64,000 nucleotides of DNA. Source: Yuukianura sp. NJ FZ-2021. Taxonomy: Eukaryota. Every line of letters starts with the position of its first letter. Position 1 is the first letter of the stretch. The stretch is taken from positions 2,418,001 to 2,482,000 of the forward strand of contig CM102286.1 of the NCBI GenBank assembly GCA_046563655.1, in the 5' to 3' direction. A program made the position numbers and the translations under genes. Under the pieces are notes generated by a model. That model was not told the DNA's origin. It ran no database searches and saw nothing but the letters and a program-made list of their open reading frames with translations. This document shows, piece after piece, positions 12,979-23,847 of this stretch.

Positions 12979-14092
12979 TCCTATAATTAAAATAAATAAA
13001 TAATTAATTCTGAAACCAACTAATAAATCATTAATTAATTCTAAATCCAACTCAAAACCAAATCAGTTAAAAATAAAACCTATTGTCATTGAGCGGAAGC
13101 TTTCAGCGAACAATCCTAATGATGCAGAATACTGCGAAGCAAGTAGATGTCCCTCACAGTCTTAGGAGAAGTCAATGCCCTATCAACATTTGGCCAGCAT
13201 TCGTGGAAACCAAGGGGTTCCGTATTTCAGAAAACTGAAGCTTGATATTTATGGCAACGCCCGGCGATTGCAGAGGACTGCATGTGCCAAGAAAAAATGG
13301 ACAGCGTAACCCCAAGGCCTGGCCAAATGTGAGTTTTGGACCAGACTCTAGGCACGCTCAGACTTAGGCCATCATAGAACTTCTGGTCCCCTCCCTCCGG
13401 AGTATGTGAGAACATCAAATTGACGAGGAAGCGAGGACAACCTAAACTCGGATGTTGTGAACCTCAACTGTGATCTAAGTTTTAGATGAGCTCAAGTTGC
13501 CAAAAATTCAGCAGTGAAACTGATGTAACGTCTGGATATGCTTGAATTGCCAACATATGTGTTTCAGGTAGATTTGTATCAATTTGCAGACCACGGCGTT
13601 CAGAGAATGACAAATTTATGTATCCTTGTGCGGTTGAGATTCAAATTTCAAAACAAATACAGCTAATTTCACAAAGCGGTGACAATAAAAGAAGGTAAAT
13701 GTAATCTGTAGCCCCAATTACACATTATGACTCCTGATTACAGATTACTTTTTGATTATGATTATGACTACACGTAATCATAATCCGCTAAAGTAATTGA
13801 TTTTGATTTATTTTAATACTAATTAATACTAAAATGAAAGTGAAAATTGAAATTATTGACTGATTGAATTGAAGTAAAAAACTATATCTCACTCTCATAC
13901 TATAAACTATTCTAATGCTGTTGAGTTTTTTGTTGACTGTTGAGACGCTACCTATAGCTTAAGGCTAAAACTCAGCACTAACCCTATCCTAAGGCTAAAA
14001 GTAGACTCTATGCTAACAGTCTATGATGTTTTGTTATTTCTAAAATCTATAAAATAAAAAGCCAACAACATTCAATTTTTGACTCACCTGCA

Positions 14093-14363
14093 ATGTAGAC
14101 GGACAGCGGTCGTAGATGAACAGTGGACGTGGACGAACAGTGGATGTGGACGAACAGTGGATGTGGACGAACAGTGGATGTGGACGGACAGTGGATGTAG
14201 ACGAACAGTGGATGTGGACGGACAGTGGATGTGGACGAACAGTGGATGTGGACGGACAGTGGATGTGGACGAACAGTGGATGTGGACGGACAGTGGATGT
14301 GGACGAACAGTGGATGTAGACGAACAGTGGATGTAGACGAACAGTGGATATGGACGAGCAGTG
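14093..14363 (+). repeat. 17-bp minisatellite (GTGGATGTRGACGRACA), ~15 copies
   Basis: Direct tandem repetition visible; it explains the three repetitive ORFs at 14079-14422. Confidence 0.95.
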
Positions 14364-15949
14364 ACTTACCTTCTCAAAAGTCGGAGAGAGAGTGTTTGTC
14401 TATCCCATTCAACCTCCACTAAAATGGGTCCTTCCATAAATGGGCATATTTGAACCATTTTTAGGCTATTTATTTAATTGGTATGCAGGTTTTCATTTAT
14501 TTTATTTATAAATCATCTGGACACAGTTGCATCGCCCGGTTTATGTCAACCATGATGTTACCCGGGCCAACGCGCAGAAATTCAAAATCAACAAACTGTC
14601 AATCATTTTCGGTTGAACTATAACTACTAACAACTTCCAAGCGTTTAATTTTACGTGCCACACCCTGCAAAACTCTGATCCACTAAAACGAGATTACTAC
14701 AACAAACACTAACCAACTCAATATTTTCGGTGTCTCTGTGTTCCTGTTTATACTGGAAACTTCCAAAAAAATTTGTTTTCGTAATAAACTTAACATGTGT
14801 TCATCCACTGTCCGTAGCATGTAAAATTGGGACTGCCCAAACTTTTTAAACCTAAACAATAACAAGTTCTGGTATTAATAGATCATTGTCTCTCATTGTT
14901 AAAAAATTTATTGCCTTGCTTGAGTTTACAAAGCAGAATTCTTGATGTCAGGAGCAATTTTTGATACAAACAAACCATTCACCGATATACATATCTGCAT
15001 ATCTTTAACTTCGTTCAACAAAAAGACAGAGGCAATACAAAATAAAACATGCTGACCTTTCACTCTCAAAAATAAAAAAATAAAGTTCAGCAACTATTAA
15101 GAAAGATGCCGACTTTTGAATTCTATATTGGACAAAAGAGAAACCAGTAGGAGCAGAAGGTTCAAGTTCTCAGGCCTGATCCTGTTCCCTCAGAATTTCC
15201 ATTCATAAAAGGCAACTACGCTTAAATTTCTCAAATACAAAGGCGTAAAGGGTCCCTCGGTTATGTGAACGATCTGACCCTTCAAGGGCCCTCCGTAAAG
15301 GAAAGAATCGTGCCAACTAGAACGTATGCGTTCAGCATCAGCTTCAAAGCATCTCTAACAGATCAATAGGTCATCCTCATACATTTTGTCGATCCAAATG
15401 AAAAATTCCCATCCACTTCAGATTTCATACATGTAAAAAACACTAAAACTTAAAAGACTAAAAGAAAAAACGTATGTCCTATTCCGCGGAACTAAAAACA
15501 GTAGCTTCAGAATTCTTTTCAACTAATTTTTGCACATACACAAAAAAAAGAGACGCCAAAGTCAGAGTCATCTTCATCAACTCTCCAAGGACTTTGACTC
15601 ATCTTGGGTGTGAGAAGCTCATTCCTGAGTCTTCCTAAGGTGATGTAGGGCAAAATAAGCTTTTGGCCATCCGGCTCAGGCCTCTCAGACAGAGATCTTG
15701 TTGGGGTTAGACAACAGAAGGTTGAACAACAGAATGTGAGCAGAGCTTAAAAGTATTTGTAAGGGGAGAAGTCGTGATGTGGAATGGAGGCATTTGATTG
15801 GCCAACGCACGAACAGCATAACATCCAGCAGAGACTATGTGTTGCTGATCTTGTGTGTCAAGATGAGAATGAAAGGGAAGGGCAAAACGGTTCTCACGTT
15901 TTTTGTCTCATCTTTCCCCTCTCTGCCTTTTTCTCATCTCCAAAAAATC

Positions 15950-16173
15950 ATTCCGGCGTCCGCACGCTCCACTCTCTCAACTTCATCTCTCTCAAAACCA
16001 GCCGTGGGAAAAGTTCTCACGCCAAAGCGCCATCTCTTAGGAAATTCAATCGGGAAAATAGCCAAACGTGGCGCGAAATTCAAAGACGCGTCTTTCGGTT
16101 GATGCCAAAACAACCGAGATTAGATGACGGACGGTCAGACAGACAACGTCAATGCATAAAGTAGCTTGCGCTA
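15950..16173 (+). mobile_element. Dispersed repeat copy R1, DINE-1/Helentron-like 3' end
   Basis: Aligns by eye with 19211-19444 and 21335-21440. Ends in a GACGGACGGTCAGACAGAC microsatellite, ATAAAG and a short hairpin (TAGC-TTGC-GCTA). Left boundary approximate. Confidence 0.55.
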
Positions 16174-16193
16174 TTTAATTTTAAAATGGCCAT

Positions 16194-17050
16194 CAGAGGT
16201 GGTAGCCCGCAGGTAAACCTGCGCAGGTTGCAGGCCAACCTGCAGCACGTGCAGGCGGGCTCAACCTGCGGTGGATTTTTGCAGGCTGCGGGCGTGCAGG
16301 TTTTTATTTGGAAATGTTGCAGGCGGGCGGGTTCGGCCTGCAATGCTCTGCAGGCGCCTGCAGGAGCCTGCATTTCGCCTGCAGGCTGCGGGTTGTGATT
16401 TTTTGAGAGTTTATTCCCAGAAACTTCAAGAAAAGACAGAAACGAATAGAAAAATTACTTTGGAATGTTGAAGAATTAAAGTCAATGGAACTATGCAAAC
16501 TTTTTGCTGCACATTAGTTGCACTATAGGGCCTTTAAACAATAAATAATGAATCCGGAGGCAGAAATATGGTTAAGTAAAGTTGGCGTTACACTTGCCCG
16601 TGTAGGCAACGCAAGATTTGACAGTATAACTTTTGAGGATTTTTTTATGTGCAAGGATCCAGAATTTTTAAAAGTTAAACAAACCAAAAGTAAGGTAGCA
16701 GTGTCGTAAAACAATTTATTACTAGGAATTTTTCTCCCTACGTGTTTGGAAAGGACAACCGACAGATAATCGAGGGTGATTGAGTAATTGCCATTATACG
16801 CAAACGAATTTACGCAGTAGTTGTAAGTGTATATTAAAATTTTCGTAGATTACAGTTCGTATAAAAAAATTGCAGGCTAACTGCAGGCAGCCTGCGCAGG
16901 CTGCAGGCTGGCCTGCCGAAGAGCCTTGCAGGTGCAGGCGTGCAGGCTGCCGATTTTCGATAATTTTGCAGGCTGCGGGCGTGCAGGCTAAAAATTCCTG
17001 CAGTGCAGGCGGGGCAGGTTGGGGAAAATAGTTGCAGGCTACCACCTCTG
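16194..17050. mobile_element. Non-autonomous hAT element, 857 bp
   Basis: TIRs CAGAGGTGGTAGCC (14 bp perfect); 8-bp TSD ATGGCCAT at 16186-16193 and 17051-17058; many subterminal TGCAGG/CCTGCA repeats at both ends; AT-rich non-coding core. Confidence 0.9.
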
Positions 17051-17293
17051 ATGGCCATGAAAATTCAATTCAGTTTTCGAATTTGAAACTTGACGTTTCC
17101 AAATTTTATACATGGCTGGATAAAAATTATCTACTATTCAAAACTATGTCTGAGGCAATTGGTGTGATATCCTTCAATTTCAGTTTTTATTAATCATTTG
17201 TTCCTAACTTTCACTCAAAACAATTGTTATACTGCCTTGTTCGTAAACTCCCGGCGGAGTCACGATTAGTCGCAGCTCACGCTAACAAGAATC

Positions 17294-18434
17294 ATGGCAG
17301 GGATAAAGCTAATGGCCATTTTAATCCTGGTATCACAGCGGATGGGTGAGCGGATTCAAAATTTTTAACATTTCGAAAATTGAAATGGTTTTTTGACAGA
17401 TCAAACATCATTTTGCAGTGTACGGGCAGGATGACGATTATGTCCACATATCCAATGAAATTGATGAAGATGATGAGCCAGGCGAGCCGGTGCCACCAGA
17501 GAAAGACCCTCCTAGTAAGTTTAAAACAATTTTTATTAACGTAATTCCGATGCTTTTTTTTAGGTAAATTCAAGTTACGTTGTGCATGAGGGAGATCACC
17601 AGCAAACCCATTTTTAAAATCTGTAACAAAAAAAATTTGCTACATCGACTTATTCTTTTGTAGCAAAAGCAACTGTTGTCATTCAAAAAAAAACTTTTTT
17701 AATCGAATTTTTGAAACTGTTTTTGCTAGTGATGTCCCCCCATATTTGCAATTCCTTAACTTTTCGAGCCGTTTTTCTACATTGTGTGAATAATTTGACC
17801 GGTTCATTAATTTGCAGTTGAGGAGGTGGAAATCTCTCTGGAAGACGCGGCATGCCTCAAAAAGAAATTGGAATGTGCGGATGATAATGACAATATCATT
17901 TCAAAGCGCAGTAGGTATCAGTGTACAGACAGCGGGTTCAAACATCCGAATGAGCTTAGCGGCAGTGAACGACTTTTCCGTATAACTCCAAATAAACCAG
18001 GAGTACCTGACTTAAAGGTTTGTCGCGCACTGATGAGAACTGAGAAATACGGAAAATACTTTATCATGGGACAAGCATGGATGGAAAATGGCGAATGGAA
18101 ATGCGGAGTTCCGTACGGCGGAGTGATGAACACTATTAAACCTGGTGGCTACTTTGAAATTCTGACGGGGACTGGCTATGAATTGTTGCACATGATTTCT
18201 GGAGCCGCAATGCCGGCAAAAGCATTAGCCGCAGGAGTGCAAGTTGAAAATACGAAAACGGTGGTGAATTGGCCGGGATTGTTGGCAATCAAACACACGA
18301 AATATCTCGGAGGAGAGATGGAATATTTTGTTGGAAGAATACCGATTGAGGATGATGCATATTACATCTATTACATGACAAAGGGAAGTGAGACCTACAA
18401 ACGCAGGCCATTCTTTGTAGTGGCTTGCCGATGA
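17294..18434 (+). CDS. Secreted DM9-repeat (DUF3421-like) protein, paralog A, 3 exons
   Basis: Hydrophobic N-terminus MAGIKLMAILILVSQRM, acidic/Pro-rich exon 2, and exon 3 with two DM9-like repeats (LKVCRA...G...CGVPYGG...FEIL; MPAKALAAG...FVGRI...YIYY...G.E). Confidence 0.72.
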
Positions 18435-18647
18435 TCAAACCAGAGTTAACAAATTTTAATTCAACATGTAGAATTAATGCTTACTTTCAAATTAATTCCA
18501 AGGTGATACGAACAATCAGTGTAATAAGTAATACTGGAGTAAAATAAAAATTCATCTTCTAAAACATGGTTCAATTAACCGGAATAAACTTTTGACTATG
18601 GTTGATAGCTTTATGTTGAATCGGGTTTCTTTTATGTACTACATTTA

Positions 18648-18843
18648 CTTTACTTTTACTTTTACTACCTTTACTTTTAGAAAAACAATTGAAAAATTAA
18701 CGAAATATCGAGGAAGACTGGAAGTTTAATTAGTTTAATATTTGCTTGATTAGAGTAAGACCACTGTAGTGGGTTCTAATTAAGATCCATGGAAAACAAA
18801 ATTGTACGAAATCGCGTAAAAACCAAAAATAAATATTCAATAA
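18648..18843. mobile_element. ~200-bp insertion downstream of paralog A only
   Basis: Absent from the equivalent position after paralog B. Flanked by the 8-bp direct repeat TACATTTA (18640, 18844) and begins with a (CTTTTA/CTTTA)n tract like a retroposon tail. Confidence 0.55.
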
Positions 18844-19210
18844 TACATTTAAGTTACAAAATTTAAATAAATCGGCTAATTAATCATTATTAATTATAAT
18901 TAATTATTAGTTTATAGTTAATACAATTAAAGTTAATGATTGATTACATTCCAGTGAAATCTAACACACCCTTTTAACAAACGTAATTTTACGCTCCAAT
19001 GAAGCTTTACTTCCACTTGCTTAATTCGCGCTTAAGTGCTTTCCCGCTAATGACCTGCTACAAAAAAAAATAATTTTTTTAAAAACCTAGTTCAATTATT
19101 TTTAACTATAAGTAAATTTAATTTTGATTTTACTATGGTTCGTAGTTATTGTTTGTGAAAAAAAAATTGACCGAAAAGAATAAAGTTTTCGATTTTTTTA
19201 AACCTAATTT

Positions 19211-19444
19211 ACATCCGTAGACACTCCAGACTCCATCCAACTTAATTTTACTCAAAACATGCCAAGGGAAATCTTCTCCCGTAAAAATTCCATTAAAAAA
19301 AATTCAAACTCAAATAAGCCAACATAGAGCGGAATTCAAAACCTCTTCAGAAACGCATTCCTCAGTTGCTAGCTACCCGCCCAAGCCAAACCAACGAAGT
19401 TTAGTGGACGCACAGACAGAGTTGGATAAAGTAGCTTTGGCTAC
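19211..19444 (+). mobile_element. Dispersed repeat copy R2 (DINE-1/Helentron-like)
   Basis: CTCAAAACATGCCAAGGGAAATCTTCTCCCG...GAGCGGAATTCAAAA...GGACGCACAGACAGA...ATAAAGTAGCTTTGGCTAC (hairpin GTAGC/GCTAC), homologous to R1. Confidence 0.55.
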
Positions 19445-19814
19445 ATAAATAAATACAATACCCATAAATTGTATTACAATAAATACAATAAATGTACGTT
19501 TACGAAGATTAAAGATGAAATACGAGAACGAGACAATCGAAAGTTAGTGGAAGACCAAAAGGCCTTGAAAATTACATTCAACGCTCAGTTTTCGACTTCG
19601 AAAGACGCTTTCGAATGTACTTCGTATTTTGTTTATCGGTTATTTAAAACTTTCTTCAACTCCCTCAAGACAATTGGGTTGATAGATATCCTTCAATTTA
19701 AGTTTTTATTGATCATTTGTTCCTAACTTTCACTCAAAACAATTGTAATACTGCATTGTTCGTAAACTCCCGGCGCAGTCACGATTAGTCGGAATTCACG
19801 CTAACATGGAATTC

Positions 19815-20999
19815 ATGGGACGGATAAGACTATTGACCTTTTTAATCCTTTTCGCACCGTTTATGGGTGAGCAGCTTCAAAATTTTAAAAATTTCGTAAA
19901 GTGAAATGGGTTTTTGACAGCTAAAATCCGTATTTAACATCATTTTTGCAGTGTACACGCAGGATGACGAGTATGTCCATATATCCAATGAAATTGATGA
20001 AGATGACTCTGAGGATTCAGGCGAGCTGGTACCACCAGAGAAAGAGCCTCCTAGTAAGTTTACAACAATTTTTAACGCAATTCCGACGTTTTTTTGACGT
20101 AAGTTCAAGTAACGTTGAGCATGAGGGGAGATCACTAGCAAAAAGATTTAAAAAATCTGCAACTAAAAAAATTTGCTACATCGACTTATTCTTTTATAGC
20201 AAAAGCAACTGATGTCGTTTAAAAAAATAATAAGAGTCGGTTTTCGCCCCGACTTTTTCTTTTTTTTTTTTTTGAAATTCTTGAAACTGTTTTTGCGAAT
20301 GATCTGCGATATGTGCAATTCCTTAAATTTTCGAGCAGTTTAAATATTGGGTGAATAATTTGACCGCTTCATTAATTTGCAGTTGAGGAGGTGGAAATTT
20401 CTCCTGAAGACGCAGAATGCCTCAAAAAGAAAATGGACTGCGCCGATGATAACGATAATATTCTTTCAAAGCGCAGCAGTAGGATCGGGTGTAATGACAC
20501 TGGGTTCAAACCTCCGTCTTACCTTACCGGCAGTGAACGGTTTTTCCGTATAACTCCAAATAAACCAGGAATACCTGACTTAAAGGTATGTCGCGCGCTG
20601 GTCAAGAATGAGAAATTCGGACATTATTTTATCATGGGACAAGCATGGCTGGAACTTGGCGAATGGAAATGCGGATTTCCGTACGGCGGAGTGATGAACA
20701 TTGTTAAATCTACTGGCTACTTCGAAATTCTTACGGGGACTGGCTATTACTTGGAGCCCCTCGGCGTAGGCACAATTCCGTCAAATGCATTAAGAGCCGG
20801 AGTGCAAGCTGACAATTTGAGAATAGTTGTGAATTGGCCGGGATTGTTGGCATACAAACACACGAGACATAAAGGCGGCCATACGGAATATTTTGTTGGA
20901 AGAATACCGTACGAGGATGATGCGTATTACATCTACTACATGTCAAATGGGGGTGAGTACTACAAACGCAGACCATTCTGGATAGTGGCTTGCCGATGA
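19815..20999 (+). CDS. Secreted DM9-repeat (DUF3421-like) protein, paralog B, 3 exons
   Basis: Same exon structure and clear protein similarity to paralog A; signal-like MGRIRLLTFLILFAPFM; alternative in-frame ATG at 19806. Confidence 0.72.
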
Positions 21000-21334
21000 T
21001 CAAACCAGAGTTAAGCAATTTTAATTCAACATGTTAGCATTAATGCTTACTTTCAAATTAATCCGAAGGTGAAACGAACAATTAGCGCAATAGTAATTAC
21101 TGGAGTAAAATAAAAATTCATCTTCTAAAACATGGTTCAATCAGAATAAATTTGTTTTGACTATGGTTGATAATTTATGGAATCCGGTTTGTTTTATGTA
21201 CTTACATTTAGGTTACAAAATTGAAATAAATCGATTAATGAATGAGTAGAATGGCAATGGTAGATTATGTTTAGACAGTGCATAATGTATTTATGTTATA
21301 GCATTTATCATAGCATTTATCGTTGTCATTTGTT

Positions 21335-21440
21335 CGAAAAGTTCTCACGCCGCAGCACCATCTATTGTGTATGCAATTCTACTTGGAATATGCGAAGAGC
21401 GCCAAATTCAAAATCAATTTCAAAACGCATCTTTCAAATT
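21335..21440 (+). repeat. Partial third copy R3 of the dispersed repeat, in the eIF4AIII upstream region
   Basis: GAAAAGTTCTCACGCC..AGC.CCATCT...GCGC.AAATTCAAA...ACGC.TCTTTC shared with R1. Confidence 0.5.
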
Positions 21441-21629
21441 TTCGGAGATTTTTGTTCTACCTCTTCCTCTACCTTTCTTCTAAAATAATCTTTCTCTCTT
21501 CTTTTCCGTCTTCTCGTTCGTATTATCGTATTGGCGTAAGTTCAAAGTTCGTAATCAATTATTGGTCAATCTTTAGTATCATCAATTAATCGCTTGAGCT
21601 ACAAAGTATTGTTGAAGTCCGGTTTGACA

Positions 21630-23514
21630 ATGGCTACAACATCAAGAAGACGTGTGGTGGAGGTGGATACGGAGGACATGGACGATTTGGCCAATGTTGA
21701 GTTTGAAACCAGTGACACCGTCACGGTTGTGAAGAGTTTCGATGCAATGGCTTTGAAAGAAGATCTTATTCGAGGAATTTATGCTTACGGTATGACTTGC
21801 TTTAGAATTCGTACGTTTTGTGTGATAGGATGAATATGAAATTACTGTCATGTGTGTGCTTCTTATCCAGGTTTTGAAAAGCCTTCCGCTATTCAACAAC
21901 GTGCAATCAAACCGATTGTGAGCGGCAGAGATGTTATTGCTCAAGCACAGTCCGGAACAGGAAAGACGGCTACGTTTTCTATCGGAATTCTACAGACGAT
22001 TGACACCACACTTCGTGAAACACAGTGTTTGATCTTGTCTCCAACCCGTGAACTGGCTGTTCAAATTCAAAAGGTTTGTTTTGCATAGTCTTGCTGTTAG
22101 CTATAATTTATACTACGGAGTTAAAATTCAAGTCTTCTCGTTTTTGTTTAGGTAATCTTGGCTCTGGGTGACTACATGAGTGTGCAGTGTCATGCTTGCA
22201 TTGGAGGAACCAATTTGGGAGAAGATATCCGTAAACTGGACTATGGACAACACGTTGTGTCTGGAACCCCTGGACGTGTCTTCGGTAAGCACATGTTTCA
22301 ATAACTAATTTCTCGTCGAATCAAACTATTTATTAATTTACATTTCTCTCTTCTAGACATGGTGAAACGGAAATGCTTGAGAACCCGATCCATCAAGATG
22401 CTGGTATTGGACGAAGCAGATGAAATGCTGAACAAAGGTTTCAAGGAGCAAATCTACGACGTTTACCGTTACCTTCCACCATCAACACAGGTTACTATTT
22501 TAATTTTACTAAATCACATGTTGTTTACTGTGGCACTGGCACAATTCTAATATTGAGTTTCACACTTCCTATTTAGGTGGTTCTTGTCTCGGCTACTCTG
22601 CCTCACGAAATCTTGGAGATGACCAATAAGTTCATGTCGGATCCAATTCGGATTCTTGTAAAACGTGACGAGTTGACACTTGAAGGCATCAAGCAGTTCT
22701 TTGTGGCTGTCGAACGAGAAGAATGGAAATTCGATACACTTTGTGATTTGTACGACACACTTACAATTACACAGGCAGTTATTTTTTGCAACACGAAACG
22801 CAAGGTATGAAACTTCATAATCCAAATTATCTACAGTTAGTTCAGTCAACTCTAAAAAGTTGTTTATAAAAGTTCAATTTTGCATGCAGGTTGACTGGCT
22901 TGCTGAGAAAATGCGTGAAAACAACTTCACCGTTTCATCAATGCATGGCGAAATGCCACAAAAGGAGAGAGATGCCATCATGAAGGAATTCAGAAACCAG
23001 CAGACGTAAGTACATTCGTCGTTGTTATCACTAAAATGTGCGGTTCAAGTTGCAATTTCGTTCAGCAGTAGTTAATTACACTACTAATGCTATTGTTCCA
23101 CTTTGCAGACGAGTGTTGATCACCACTGACGTTTGGGCTCGTGGAATCGATGTCCAACAAGTTTCTCTTGTCATCAACTACGATCTTCCCAACAACCGAG
23201 AGTTGTACATCCACAGGTAATAGATCAGCTTAACAAATAACAAATTAAGTCATTTAACTTAATTAATTAATTTTACATTTACATAGAATTGGTCGATCGG
23301 GTCGCTTTGGACGAAAGGGAGTTGCAATCAACTTTGTCAAGGAAGATGACATCAGGATCCTTCGAGATATCGAGCAGTACTATTCCACACAGATTGATGA
23401 AATGCCCATGAATGGTAAACAAAAGCTTAATTGTAGCATTACTTTAAAGCCAATTTAACTTAAAAGCTGATTAAACTTAACTTACTTTCTTTTTCAGTGG
23501 CGGACCTGATCTAG
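21630..23514 (+). CDS. EIF4A3: Eukaryotic initiation factor 4A-III (EJC DEAD-box helicase)
   Basis: [82 protein letters not shown]-terminus MPMNVADLI; multi-exon. Confidence 0.97.
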
Positions 23515-23847
23515 AATCACCCGAAGAAACCGACTACTCGTCCTGGCTGAAACAAGAAGAATGCTGACACCATAGAAGTTACTACTCTTCTAGCATAACG
23601 TTTTGTTTTTCTATTTAAAATCCTTATAACGCTAATACTTAGTGTTTTTAACTTTAAAAAGTTATTATTCCCTGAAGTTCTTAATTCTTATTCAATTATT
23701 CATGTAAATGTATTGATGTATTTCATATAAACTTAACCCTTAATACAGATTACTTGGAAAGACTATAACTTTAAATTAACTTGACAAAAGGATTAACATA
23801 GGAAATGATACAGGGGAAGGACATCATGAACTCGATTTGAAGGAAAG

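Larger units (their letters stand above)
10704..14667. mobile_element. Old Tc1/mariner-type element defined by decayed ~80-bp TIRs, enclosing the transposase gene
   Basis: Left TA|CAGACTGCGGCACGTAAAAGTAAACGC...TATAGTTCAACTGAAAATGATTGACAGTTTGTTGA. Right end reverse-complemented reads CAGGGTGTGGCACGTAAAATTAAACGC...TATAGTTCAACCGAAAATGATTGACAGTTTGTTGA. The right flank is CA rather than TA. Confidence 0.6.

Noticed and set aside
14079..14422. Repetitive ORFs (WMWTDSGCGRTVDVDEQ)n
   Set aside because: Translation artefacts of the 17-bp minisatellite.
15891..16021. Three Su(H) consensus sites (TTCTCACG, CGTGGGAA, TTCTCACG) as a Notch-responsive enhancer for Hairless
   Set aside because: Two of the three lie within dispersed repeat R1, the inverted pair is 3 bp apart rather than the 15-17 bp of a paired site, and they are ~6 kb away beyond a transposon.
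16149..17058. Several Cys/Ala-rich ORFs on both strands
   Set aside because: Produced by TGCAGG subterminal repeats of the hAT element; no domain or exon logic.
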